Counted from the first letter of the stretch, positions 25,630-38,460 are shown. The stretch: 64,000 bases of DNA from Octopus bimaculoides (GCF_001194135.2 NC_068983.1:21711804-21775803), one strand, 5' to 3'. A program made the numbers and translations. Notes: generated by a model from the sequence alone, not told the origin.

Positions 25630-26020
25630 ATTCTTTTATAGTTTTACTTGTTTCAGTCATTTGAATGCAGCCATACTGGACCACTGCTTTTAGCCGAACA
25701 AATCAACCCCAGGACTTATTCTTTGTAAGCTTAGTACTTATTCTATCAGTCTATTTTACCAAACCGCTTAGTAACCGGGATGTAAACACACCAACATCGG
25801 TTGTCAAGAGATGGTGGGGGACAAGGATACAAACACACACACACACACATATATATATACGACAGGCTTCTTTCAGTCTGCATCTATCAAATCCACTCAC
25901 AAGGCTTTGGGTGGCCCGAAGCTATAGTAGAAGACACCAGCTCAAGGTGCCATGCAGTGGAACTGAACCCAGAACTATGTGGTCAGGAAGCAAGCTTCTT
26001 GCCACACAACCACACTGCAC
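25630..26020 (-). mobile_element. SINE A, about 45 bp upstream of the KIF6 25587 acceptor
   Basis: Full reverse-complement match to family A. Confidence 0.85.
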
Positions 26021-26128
26021 CTATAATATATAATGTAATATAATGTAATATAATATAATATAATATATAATATAATATAATATGATATAATATAATATAA
26101 TCTAGTATAATATAATACATATATAATG

Positions 26129-26162
<34 letters not shown>

Positions 26163-27044
26163 CAATGAGAGAATGGAAGAGAATATGCAGTATCCATCAA
26201 CTTGCAGACAGTGTATTCCGTTGATTAATCTGTTTATTTTATAACTAAATTGACAAAAAACACAATATACAGACACTTATGACAAACCATGTCATATTAA
26301 CAATTAAGATTTCAAATATAAAGGACATTTAGCAATTGGAGAAGGGACAGAAACTTACAGCTGTTTCGGCCTAGCATTGGCATGCCCCATTCCATCTCTA
26401 TAGCTCCTGTACGCCGGAGTAATTAGTNNNNNNNNNNNNNNNNNNNNNNNNNNNNNNNNNNNNNNNNNNNNNNNNNNNNNNNNNNNNNNNNNNNNNNNNN
26501 NNNNNNNNNNNNNNNNNNNNNNNNNNNNNNNNNNNNNNNNNNNNNNNNNNNNNNNNNNNNNNNNNNNNNNNNNNNNNNNNNNNNNNNNNNNNNNNNNNNN
26601 NNNNNNNNNNNNNNNNNNNNNNNNNNNNNNNNNNNNNNNNNNNNNNNNNNNNNNNNNNNNNNNNNNNNNNNNNNNNNNNNNNNNNNNNNNNNNNNNNNNN
26701 NNNNNNNNNNNNNNNNNNNNNNNNNNNNNNNNNNNNNNNNNNNNNNNNNNNNNNNNNNNNNNNNNNNNNNNNNNNNNNNNNNNNNNNNNNNNNNNNNNNN
26801 NNNNNNNNNNNNNNNNNNNNNNNNNNNNNNNNNNNNNNNNNNNNNNNNNNNNNNNNNNNNNNNNNNNNNNNNNNNNNNNNNNNNNNNNNNNNNNNNNNNN
26901 NNNNNNNNNNNNNNNNNNNNNNNNNNNNNNNNNNNNNNNNNNNNNNNNNNNNNNNNNNNNNNNNNNNNNNNNNNNNNNNNNNNNNNNNNNNNNNNNNNNN
27001 NNNNNNNNNNNNNNNNNNNNNNNNNNNNNNNNNNNNNNNNNNNN

Positions 27045-27300
27045 TATATATATATATATGTATGTGTGTGTTTGTGTGTCTGTGTTTGTCTCCCCCCCCC
27101 CAACATCGCTTGGAAACCGATGCTGGTTTGTTTACATCCCTGTAGCTTAGTGGTTTGTTGAAAGAGACCGATTGAATAAGTTCTAGGCTTACAAAGAATA
27201 AATCCTGGTGTCGATTTGTTCGACTAAAGGTGGTGCCCCAGCATGGCCACAGTCGAATGACTGAAACAAGTAAAAGAAATAAATGAAATAAAAGAAATAT
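27045..27300 (+). mobile_element. SINE A, 3' half
   Basis: caacatcgcttggaaaccgatgctgg...gaaacaagtaaaag. Confidence 0.8.
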
Positions 27301-27876
27301 GTTTGCTATTTGTCCTGGATCAATCCTAATCAACAGGACATATGCTCAAAAATATTCCATTCATGACCATCAAGTCTGACTCTTTTTCGCATTCTTTCTA
27401 TTTTGATACTTCACACTACGGTAGTGGGGTTTCTTTTTTAAGATGCTTGAGAGAGAGTGAGAGAGAGAGAGAGAGAGAGAGATTTAGTTGTTATTTCTTA
27501 CACATTGATCTACCATATGACAGTTTCCTTTTGTATGTAAAGTATTCTAAATGTCTTCAGCATTCAAAAGTTAGAGGGGTTTTTTTCTTGAATCTTTTTT
27601 TCTTTTTCCTTTTTGCTTGATTTAAATTCTTCAATCATTTTCAAATCTTAGACACTTTATTCAAAAGACAGAGTATTTCGTGTGCATGAGAGACAGAGAG
27701 AGGGAGAGATTTACTTTTAACTTTCTTCTTATTTCTTATTCTACTGAGGAGAGTGTTGTGCCCCATAGCTACAAAATAAAAGTTTCAATTTGATTATAAT
27801 TTTTTTTCTTCATTACCAGACACAGATATCGTATGTTTACATATATTTCACACAAGCATACACTATGCATACATAT

Positions 27877-28560
27877 CATCATCATCATCATCATCGTTTA
27901 ATGTCCGCTTTCCATGCTAGCATGGGTTGGACGATTTGACTGAAGACTGGTGAAACCGGATGGCAACACCAGGCTCCAATCTAATTTGGCAGAGTTTCTA
28001 CAGCTGGATGCCCTTCCTAACGCCAACCACTCCGAGAGTGTAGTGGGTGCTTTTACGTGCCACCGGCACGAGGGCCAGTCACGCGGTACTGGCAATGGCC
28101 ACGCTCAAAATGGTGTTTTTTACGTGCCACCTGCACGAGAGCCAGTCCAGCAGCACTGGCAACAACCTTGCTCGAATGATTTTCTAATGTACCACAAGCA
28201 CAAGTGCTAGAAGGCGACGCTGGTAACAATTACGCTCAAATGGTGCTATTTACAGTCCACTAGCACGAAAGTCAGATACCTGCTCTAGCAATGAAGATGC
28301 TCGGACAGTGCTGTTAGTGCTCCACTGGTGCAGGTGCCAGTCATCAAATATGGTTCAATTACGATTTCGATTTCACTTGTCCCAACAGGTCTTCACAAGT
28401 AGAATTTAGTGTCCAATGAAGGAGAGGTTGACATGGGTGCCAGTCGTTGGATTCGGTTCAATTTCAATTTCAGATTTCAGATTTACTTGCCTCAACAGGT
28501 CTTCGCAAGCAGAGTTTTTAGTGTCCAATGAAGTAAAGATACGTATAAGTGAGCTGGCTA
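27877..28560 (-). mobile_element. RTE 3' UTR with degenerate tandem repeats, including an about 100-bp duplication at 28334-28535
   Basis: (CAT)n tail, family UTR motif, repeated ggtgccagtc...aacaggtcttc..aag.aga.tt..agtgtccaatgaag. Confidence 0.7.
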
Positions 28561-28893
28561 CACTTCTGGCAAATATTTTAAAATCAACCTCATTGTCATT
28601 TTAACGTCCACTTTTCTGTGCTAGCTTGGGTCAGACAGAGTTTAAAGTGGTACAGATTTTCTATGGTTGGATGTCTATCCTGCTGCCAAACCTCACCTGT
28701 TTCCATGCAGCGTAATATCTCCCATGATCAGACAGACATGCTTCCATGAAAGATTGGAAATAAATGACACCACTTGTATAACAATGGCGCTTGTTTACAG
28801 CTATCATGTTATGTCAAGATAAGCAAACATCAACACACATGCATACATGCAACCATGTATACAGACATACATACATGTATAAATATATACATA

Positions 28894-29817
28894 CTGTGAC
28901 TGCTGAGGACATGCGTAAGCTCGCAAGGAATGAAGCCAGTATGCTCCGCTGGATGTGTAATGTCAGTGTGCATACCCATCAGAGTGTAAGTATCTTGAGA
29001 GAAAAGCTGAACATTAGAAGCATCAGTTGTGGTGTGCAAGAGAGACGATTGCGCTGGTATGGACATGTGGTGAGAATGGATGAGGATAGCTGCATGAAAA
29101 AGTGCCNNNNNNNNNNNNNNNNNNNNNNNNNNNNNNNNNNNNNNNNNNNNNNNNNNNNNNNNNNNNNNNNNNNNNNNNNNNNNNNNNNNNNNNNNNNNNN
29201 NNNNNNNNNNNNNNNNNNNNNNNNNNNNNNNNNNNNNNNNNNNNNNNNNNNNNNNNNNNNNNNNNNNNNNNNNNNNNNNNNNNNNNNNNNNNNNNNNNNN
29301 NNNNNNNNNNNNNNNNNNNNNNNNNNNNNNNNNNNNNNNNNNNNNNNNNNNNNNNNNNNNNNNNNNNNNNNNNNNNNNNNNNNNNNNNNNNNNNNNNNNN
29401 NNNNNNNNNNNNNNNNNNNNNNNNNNNNNNNNNNNNNNNNNNNNNNNNNNNNNNNNNNNNNNNNNNNNNNNNNNNNNNNNNNNNNNNNNNNNNNNNNNNN
29501 NNNNNNNNTGACTGGCCTTCATAGGATTTTTCGAGCGAGATCGCTGCAAGTGCTGCTGGACTGGCTCTTGTGCAGGTGGCACATAAAAGACACCATTTTG
29601 AGCGTGGCCGTTGCCAGTACCGCCTGACTGGCCCTCGTGCAGGTGACACATAAAAGTACCCACTACACTCTCGGAGTGGTTGGCGTTAGGAAGGGCATCC
29701 AGCTGTAGAAACTCTGCCAAATTAGATTGGAGCCTGGTGTTGCCATCCGGTTTCACCAGTCTTCAGTCAAATCGTCCAACCCATGGAAAGCAGACGTTAA
29801 ACGATGATGATGATGAT
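28894..29817 (+). mobile_element. 5'-truncated RTE LINE, same family, with long target-site duplication
   Basis: MRKLARNEASMLRWMC...RWYGHVVRM; 3' UTR and (GAT)n tail; 41-bp exact direct repeat at 28845-28885 and 29826-29866. Confidence 0.88.
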
Positions 29818-29895
29818 ACATACACACATGCAACCATGTATACAGACATACATACATGTATAAATACCTACATACATACAACATACATACATATA

Positions 29896-30335
29896 TCATC
29901 ATCATCATCATCATCATTGAATGTCTGCTTTCCATGCTAGCATGGGTTACACAGCTTAACTGGAACTGGTAAGCCAGAGAGCTGCACCAGGTTCCAGTCT
30001 AATTTTGCATGGTTTCTACATCTGCATGCTCTTCCTAACATTAACCACTCCAAGAGTGTAATAATGGGTGTTTTTTACAAGCCACCAGCACGGGTTCTTT
30101 TATGTGCCACCAGAACCAGTGCCAGTTATGTGACACCGGCATCAGCCATGATTCAATTTCACTCAGCTCGGTCACTAGTCATCACCTTTGTGAGAACCAA
30201 CATTCAAAGATCAAGCTTCACCACTTTATCAAATGTATTCTTGAGTCTACCTCTTCCACAGGTTCCCTCCACAGTTAGAGATCAGCACATCTTTACACAG
30301 TTGTCCTTGTCCATACACATCACATGACCATACCA
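29896..30335 (-). mobile_element. Older, diverged 5'-truncated RTE copy
   Basis: Diverged reverse complement of the ORF2 end (cctcttccacaggttccctccacagtt) plus UTR and (CAT)n tail. Confidence 0.65.
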
Positions 30336-30359
30336 GCATATATATATATAGCAACACAT

Positions 30360-30704
30360 TAGTTTCTGTCCTCTTTCTTGCTAACTCTCTCTCTCTCTCT
30401 CTGGCTTGGTAACTATGTACACTCCCTTTCCTCTCAAAGATTCCTTGTCTTGCACAACATTCAGTCCACACTGTAAGGTGGTTGGTGTTTGGAAGAGCAT
30501 CCAGTTGTAAAATCATATCAAAACTGACCTCACCTGTGCTGGTGCCACATAAAAAGCACTCAGTCTCCTCTGTGAGATGGTTGGTGCTAGGAAGGGCATC
30601 CAGCTGTAAAAACCATGACAAATCAGACACAGAAATCTGGTGCAGTTTCTGCCTGGCCAGTTCCTGTCAAACCGTCCACCCATTCCAGCATGGAAGGTGG
30701 ATGT
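30360..30704 (+). mobile_element. RTE-tail-related repeat with doubled GGAAGGGCATCCAG motif
   Basis: Two motif copies; homologous to 16135-16560 on the opposite strand. Confidence 0.6.
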
Positions 30705-30923
30705 TATCTGTAAATAATATGTGACAATTATTCGGTAGCCATGATAAAACTCTGAGTTTCGGACGTCGGGGTGGAAACCCATGCCACCATCTCTTCAGTT
30801 ATCTGAGCATTTTTGCGATGGCCAGATAACTGAAGAGATGGCGGCATGGGTTTCGACCCCGACATCTGAAACTCGGAGTTTTATCATGGCTACCGAATAA
30901 TTGTCACATATTATTTACAGATA
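30705..30923. repeat. 219-bp palindrome (101-bp arms, 17-nt loop); each arm carries a hammerhead-like motif
   Basis: 30705-30805 is the reverse complement of 30823-30923 with 5 mismatches. CTGAAGA...GAAACTCNGAGTT is present on both strands. Confidence 0.9.
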
Positions 30924-30944
30924 TATATATATATTGCATATACG

Positions 30945-31006
<62 letters not shown>

Positions 31007-31353
31007 TACATATATACACACATACACATACATGCATGCACGCACACGCACACACACACACACACACACATACATATATATTGAGATGGATTGAATGCAA
31101 TAAAGATTTTTTTCCCCTCTGTGTTTTTTCTGATGTAGCTGACTTCAAAATATTTAGCATAACAACCACTCCTCTTTTAGGCACCAAATATTCTTTTTTG
31201 TTCTGGTTTAAATTGATGTTGTTTAAGTTCCATATAATTGTTTAGTTCTTCTTTTCTATTTTATTTTGCTGTTTTGTTTTACTTTTTTTTTAACTTTATT
31301 TCGCTTCCATTTTACATATTTATTCCTAGAGAGCTTCTTGTTTTTGCTCTCTC

Positions 31354-31395
<42 letters not shown>

Positions 31396-31667
31396 TCTTT
31401 GATAGCAGAAAATTTAAAAGTTGTAAAATTTTTTTCAAAATGATAATAAAAGTTAATGTACCATGTTGATGAAAAAAAAAAAAAAAATAAAGAGGAGATA
31501 TTTTGCAGTTGATGTTATTTTATTGCTATTATTTACCAATTTAATGTCTTTTCTATTCATATTGATGCTGTTGTTCTTCTTCTTCTTTCCCCAGTTTAAT
31601 ATCCTTTTAACTGTCGTTATTCTGGTTGTTCTTGCTGTTGTCATTGGTATCCGTGAGATTTTTCTTT

Positions 31668-31698
<31 letters not shown>

Positions 31699-32394
31699 TC
31701 CATTTCTTTTTTTTTTTTTAACAACATCCTTCCTAAAGCTTTCATCCAGACATGCCAGAAGGCAGCTTACAGATAATTTAAAATTCAAAGATTAAAATTT
31801 AACAGCTGCATCGGCAGGGGAATATAAGTAGAGTTAAATGGACAAATAAAATGGCTGCAGTCTTCGAGAGGCTGACATAATCGACAGTACTAAATCGATG
31901 GCTTCTTAGTTGATAAAATATTTACAACCAGCTAATTCCCTTGGCAAAGCAACAAAGATGAATCTACAAAGTTAATGGCACTAAGACAAACTATACTACA
32001 GAATTCTCCTTGAAACAATAGTGGAAGAGATTTCCAAAGTAGTCAGCAGTCTGAAAACTAAGCAGCCAAAAGAATGAACAAATGTCTTTAGTTCACAAAA
32101 AAAAAACGAAAAAAAAAATCGATAAATAAATGAATAAATAATAAATAAATATAAAAACTACAAACAAACAGATAATAACCATAAAAATTTGTTTCTAACA
32201 CAGGCACAAGGCCAGAAATTTGAAATACAAGGTTAGTTGATTGTTGCATTTTCTGGCATAGAAATTGATGTAGTTTATAGGAGAATATTTAGGGTAAGCT
32301 TTCAAACATTACCACTATCTTCCTAAATCCTGTTGCATTTCTTCTGGAATTTTCCATTGTCTAAAGATGTCTGGGTGGGTGCATATATAGTTCT

Positions 32395-33736
32395 TTTATT
32401 CTTTTACTTGTTTCAGTCATGTGACTGCGGCCACGCTGTAGCACTGCCTTAAAGTGTTTTTTAGTCGACGAAATTGACTCCAGGACTTATTCTTCATAAG
32501 CCTAGTACTTATTCTATCAGTCTCTTTTGCCGAACTACTGATTTATGAGGACATAAACACCAAAATCTGTGAGAGGGGGGACAAACATGGACATATAGAC
32601 ACACACACAAACATATACAAATAAATATATAGGGCAGCCTTCTTTCAGTTTCTATCTATCATATCTACTCACAAAGCTTTGATTGGCCTGAGGCTATAGA
32701 AGATACTTTCTGAAGGTGCCATGCAGTGGGACTGAACCCAGAACCATGTGGTTGGGAAGCAAGCTTCTTATTATACAGCCACACCAGCATCTGTATGTCT
32801 GTGTTTTTTGGTTGTAAATTTTGGTCTGAAAAATTCAATTCGTATGCAGGAAAAAAAATATGCTATCTTTAATGTCTATTGTTTACTTGTTTCAATCATT
32901 AGATCATGGCCATGCTGGGGCACTGCCTTCAATAATCTTTAGTTGAGTAAATCAACCACAGTACTTATTCCTTTGTTAAGGCTGGTGCTTATTTGTTTGG
33001 TCTCTTTTGCAGAACCGCTAAGTTATGGGGATGTAAACACACCGACACCGGTTGTCAAGCAGTGGTGGGGGGGGACAAACAAAGACACACCTCATAGATA
33101 TATACAACAGGCTTCTTTCAGTTTCCATCAATCAAATTCACTTACAAGGCTTTGGTCAGTCCAAGGCCATAATAGAAGGCACTTGCTTATAGAGCCACGG
33201 AGTGGGACTGAACCGGGAATCATGTGATTGGGAAGCACTCCATGCATAAACTGCAGGAGAAACTCAGAGGCATAGAAAGCTCTTCTTCTGAATCCATCAC
33301 AATGCTAGGAACCCTTCCATACCATCAGCAGGTATCTCAGAGTCACAAGAGTCACATACATTTCACCAATTAATTGTACACTTTGCTTGAGTGGGTTAGT
33401 AAGGACTGAATAAGCCTTTGCTTGTGGAAGGGTTCCAACTGCTATCTCTTGCACATCACAGCCACCTTGAGCTGGTTTCTACTGTCATGCCTATCACCTT
33501 ATCTTTTTTTCTTTTTTTTCTTTTTACTTGTTTCAGCCACTTGACTGCGGCCATGCTGGAGCACCGCCTTTAGTCGAGCAAATCGACCCCAGGACTTATT
33601 CCTTGTAAGCCTAGCACTTATTCTATCGGTTTCTTTCGCCAAACCGCTAAGTTACGGGGACGTAAACACAACACCAGCATTGGTTGTCAAGCGATGTTGG
33701 CTGGGGGGGGGGGCAAACACGGACACATACACACAC

Positions 33737-33775
<39 letters not shown>

Positions 33776-33950
33776 TATATATATACATATACGACGGGCT
33801 TCTTCCAGTTTCTGACTACCAAATCCCCTCACAAGGCTTTGGTTGGCCCGACGCTAGAGTAGAAGACACTTGCCCAAGGTGCCATGCAGTGGGACAGAAC
33901 CCATGGCCATGTGGTTGGTAAGCAAGCTACTTACCACACAACCACTCTTG
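32395..33950 (-). mobile_element. Cluster of three same-orientation SINE A copies (about 32395-32790, 32880-33240, 33510-33950)
   Basis: Each runs from ttacttgtttca.. to ..ccactgc(a/g)tggcacc in reverse complement. Confidence 0.8.
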
Positions 33951-33984
33951 GTGACTTTCTTCACTTGTTTGAATCCCATATCAC

Positions 33985-34510
33985 GTTTCTTATTTCTTTA
34001 TTGCCCACAAGGGGCTACACACAGAGGGGACAAACAAGGACAGACACAGATTAAGTCGATTATATCAACCCCAGTGCATAACTGGTACTTATCTAATCGA
34101 CCCCCAAAAGGATGAAAGGCAAAGTTGACCTCAGCAGAATTTGAACTCAGAACATGGCGGCAGATGAAATGTTTATCGTGATATGAGATTAGCATGTCAC
34201 ACATGTATTGTTGTGATGCATGTGCCTGGTGTACCCTTATCAGACAGGTAGTTATGATGGGTATACTGAGCTTCATATATTTTACCCCAGTGCCACTCTG
34301 ATAGCATACACTGCTCTGTCATTCAATAATAATAATAATAATGATAATAATAACGTGGCTCTCATAGCTTCTGATCTCAACTGACTGGAAGTGTTATCAC
34401 GTACATTTTGTCTAAGTGATTGACCCCAGTATGCAACTGGTACTTAATTTATCAACTCCGAAAAGATGAAAGGCAAAGTCGACCTCGGCAAAATTTGAAC
34501 TCAGAATGTA
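33985..34510 (-). mobile_element. SINE B fragments (33985-34170 and 34420-34510)
   Basis: Same core and tail motifs. Confidence 0.75.
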
Positions 34511-34944
34511 ATAATAATAATAATGATAATAATAATGATAATGGTTTCACATTTTGGCAAAAAGGCAAACTCTCAGTGAGATTTCAATGCCATACATAAA
34601 GAGCCATGATTAAATAACACAAGGCATTTTGTCCAACACTGAAGTAGCTCAGTCAAAGAAGTGGTGGTGATGGTGATGGTGGTAGTGGTGGTAGTGGTGA
34701 TAGTGGTGGTGGTGTTGGTGGTGGTTTTGGTAGTGATGACAAGAACTAAAGTTCAGATGGTTGAATCAATATAAAATATCAGAGAGCCAGCTGAGAATCT
34801 GGAAGCGCCTTACATCACCTGCTGACAGGATATGACATCAATGCACCAATAGTGATTGCACTTAGCTCAGCATATCAAAGTTCCTTTAGGCCTACAGGGA
34901 TACAATCTTAAGCCATTACTGTACAAAGAAAGAAAAAAAAAATT

Positions 34945-35400
34945 ATCATGGCTGTATGGTAAGAAGCTTGCTTTCCAAACTTCATGGTTCAGGGTTCAGT
35001 TCCACTGTGTGACACCTTGGGCAAGTGTCTCCTACTATAGCCCCAGACCAGCCAAAATCTCATGAGTGGATTTGGTAGATAGAAACTAAAAGAACCCAGT
35101 GTATGTGTATGTGTGTGTGTGTGTGTGTGTGCATGTGTGTATATATGTGTGTGTGTCTGTATAGGTGTGTGTGTGTTTGTGTTTGCCTCCCACCACCACT
35201 TTGCAACTGATGTTGCTCTGTATAAGTCTCTATTACTTAGCGGTTCAGCAAAAGAAACTAACAGAACAAGTACTAGACTTCAAAACAAAAAAATAAATAA
35301 ATGGTGTGGCTGTGTGATAAGAAGCTTGTTTCCCAACTACATGGTCCCAGGTTCAGTCCCACTGCATGGCAACTTGGGCAAATGTCTTCTACTATATGTC
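34945..35400 (+). mobile_element. SINE A copy followed by a second head
   Basis: Two aagaagcttg..ggttcagt.ccactg heads. Confidence 0.7.
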
Positions 35401-35859
35401 CTTGTTTGTCTCCCCTATGTTTAGTCCCTTGTGGCCAATAAAAAAATAAGAAACATACACATGCACACACATACACATACACATACACACACACATACAC
35501 ACTCACTCACCCACTCACACACTCACACACACATGACTGAAGCCTTACAAATGAATTCGTAAGGCTTTCCTTGATTTGGGTTTATGAGAGAAATCACTTG
35601 CCCAAGGTGTTGCATAGTTAGACTGAATGTGAAGCCACAAGGCTGTGAAGTGAACTACTTAAACCACCAAGCCATGTCTGCAAATATGCAAAGAAAAAGA
35701 CTACAAAAAAATCATAAGAGGAACTGCAGAGGAAAAAAGAAGATAAAACTAGGGATATAAAAGGAATATGGTCAAAGATTCAGCCATGCTAACAAAGCTT
35801 TGCTATCAGCATTTCTTGAATGAAGGCATAAACCACAGCTTGCAACATAGACATTGCCA

Positions 35860-36210
35860 TAGCAGAATACTGGAGAATAAAAGTGTATGGTATATAAGAA
35901 TGCTAGAAGGAAATTTCAATGATAGGAGAAAAGAAAAGATATTGTACCCTTTGGACTAAACATTAATAATGAAAGAAGAAAATGGAAAGGACAAAGAAAA
36001 TAAGAAAAGAGAGAGAAGGATTGCTTAAAAGATATTAATGCTCGAAGAAATACATGAAAATAACCAGGCAGTTCCTTGAAAGTATCACAGCCAAGATCTT
36101 TCTTATGAGCAATATTTCAGCCTCCTTTCTAATATCTCAAAGAATGAAGCAAGGATGTATACTAGCTTCAATTTTGTTTGCAATATTTCTGGGTTCCACT
36201 AGCATACCAG
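35860..36210 (+). mobile_element. Degenerate non-LTR RT fragment
   Basis: ITRQFLESITAKI..SASFLISQRMKQGCILASILFAIF resembles the QGxxLxPxLF motif. Confidence 0.55.
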
Positions 36211-36466
36211 GTAGAATGCTTAATGGCATTTTGTCTGTTTTTTTACATTCTGAGTTCAAATTCTGCTGAGGTCAACTTTGCCTTTCATCTTTTTAAGGTC
36301 AATAAAATAAATAGCAGTTGAGCACTGAGGTTGATGTAAATGACTCATTCCTCCTGAAACTTGCTGGCCTTGTGCCAAAATTTGAAATCAATATTTCTAG
36401 ATTCCATGCATGGAAGCATGATAAGTGGAGTATAAACTTGCACGAGGCTGTTGAACCTATCTAGAA

Positions 36467-36672
36467 TTAACCCTTTAGCATTCAGATTACTCTGTCAAAT
36501 GTAATGCTTATTTATTCACACTGTTTTCAATTAATCATGCATCTTCTTGCAGCCTTGAGATTTCTAGAATAACAATGTAGAGTAGATGTGAGGGGTCAGA
36601 ACTGGCTGGTCTGAACATAAAACAGGTAGGATATTTGGGCTAGATATGGCTGGTTTAAATGCCAAAGATTAA
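36467..36672. mobile_element. TTAA-flanked (piggyBac-type) MITE
   Basis: TTAA-ccctttagcatt ... aatgccaaagat-TTAA; homologous copies at 2606-2820, 17721-17866 (partial) and 37333-37556. Confidence 0.65.
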
Positions 36673-36707
36673 CATCTGCTAGGAAATGTCATAATATGGA
36701 TATTTCT

Positions 36708-37124
36708 TGTTTCTTTATTGCCCACAAGGGGCTAAACATAGAGGGGACAAACAAGGACAGANNNNNNNNNNAAGTCGATTACATCGACCCCAGTGCGTAA
36801 CTAGTACTTAATTTATCGACCCCGAAAAGATGAAAAGGCAAAGTCGACCTCGGCAAAATTTGAACTCGGAACGTAACAGCAGATGAAATACCTATTTCGT
36901 TATTGCCCACAAGGGGCTAAACATAGAGGGGACAAACAAGGACAGACAAAGGGATTAAGTCGATTACATCGACCCCAGTGCGCAACTGGTACTTAATTTA
37001 TCGACCCCGAAAGGATGAAAGGCAAAGTCGACCTCGGCGGAATTTGAACTCAGAACGTCACAGCAGATGAAATACCGCTAAGCATTTCGCCTGGCGTGCT
37101 AATGTTTCTGCAAGCTCACCTAAC
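36708..37124 (-). mobile_element. Tandem dimer of SINE B within a single 12-bp TSD
   Basis: atggatatttct at 36696-36707 and 37125-37136; junction near 36893. Confidence 0.85.
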
Positions 37125-37332
37125 ATGGATATTTCTGCTGACATCTCATTGCTGATAACTCAACACTGATGATCAATTTCTGCGAAGATACTCAGAAAAT
37201 TATGCATCATTTTAAATGTGTGTCAACAGCCATCAGCCTATGGATTAGCAGAGTAAAGACTGAAGGCAAGTAACAATTTAAACCTGTGGGACTGAAACAT
37301 GAAATGCCAATCATCCTGATTCGATAATTAGT

Positions 37333-37556
37333 TTATCCTTTTAACATTCAGACTACCCAGTCAAATGTAATGCTTGCTTATTCGTATTGTTTTGAATTAT
37401 GCATTATCTGGTAGCTTTGACATTTCAACGATGTGATTGTTCCTCCTTAGAATGATACTCTAGAAAAGGTGTGAGAGGCTGGATCTGGTCAGTTTTACCA
37501 TACAAGTGGTACAATTCTTGGATCTGATATGAATTATTTGAATGCAAAAGAATTAA
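37333..37556. mobile_element. Third copy of the TTAA-type MITE
   Basis: Shares cattcaga.tac...tcaaatgtaatgctt..ttattc with 36467-36672. Confidence 0.6.
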
Positions 37557-38227
37557 TTAATCTTTGGGCAACACAATCACTGGTGACAACAGCCTAGATG
37601 TAGAGATGGCTTGCTACACCTTTTTTGTTCTGGTTGCATTAGAAAACCTCAAATGATCAAATGGGGAAAATACAAGGCATAAAACTGAGAACAAAATGCA
37701 GAGTTTACCAAGAAGTAGAGCAATCTTGTTTTTTCTTGTTCCCCGCTGAAACCTACACACCATATCACTGACATGTCAATAGGCTGAAGAACTACTAGTT
37801 ATGTCATTTATGAAATATATTGTAAATTTATTATCAACAGCACATCTCCAGCCAGGGGGTCCTGCAATGCACAAACAGGCCTAGTGTTAAGTCTATTCAG
37901 CTGAATTTGTAGCTCTAGTGTTAAGTCTATTCAGCTGAAATTATAGCTTTGCTGAGGTATGTGATTCGTATAAAGACACTAGGGTAATGGTTGGCAGCAA
38001 ACTGAAGAGTTGTAGATTATGATGAGAGTAACCGAGATAGGGATGTGATCAAGCAGTTTCTTGATGTGATGGATGAACTGATTGTGACTGCATGGGAGAA
38101 AACAGAAACAGCCCACTGATGGTGGTGCTGAGCTATAATAAGAAATTGCATAAAAGTTAAAAAGTAGAATAGAACAAAGCAAAAGAGGGAGAGGAAAAGG
38201 CACAGCAAGATCCATTACACTGGTTCT

Positions 38228-38460
38228 TATTTCTTTATTGCCCACAAGGGGCTAAACATAGAGGGGACAAACAAAGACAGACAAAGGGATTAAGTCGATT
38301 ATATCGACCCCAGTGCGTAGCTGGTACTTAATTTATCGACCCTGAAAGGATGAAAGGCAAAGTCGACCTCGGCAGAATTTGAACTCCGAACGTAACGGCA
38401 GACGAAGTACCGCTAAGCATTTCGCTGGGCGTGCTAACGTTTCTACCAGCTCTCCGCCTT
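38228..38460 (-). mobile_element. Full-length SINE family B with 21-bp TSD
   Basis: TSD aagatccattacactggttct at 38207-38227 and 38461-38481. Central gtcgactttgcctttcatcctttc.gggtcgataaattaagtaccag resembles conserved SINE central domains (Meta-type, from memory). Confidence 0.9.

Noticed and set aside
31453-32110. Lys-rich ORF and exon-like TADYFGNLFHYCFKENSVV*
   Set aside because: Driven by poly-A/T runs; no compatible splice partner or homology identified.
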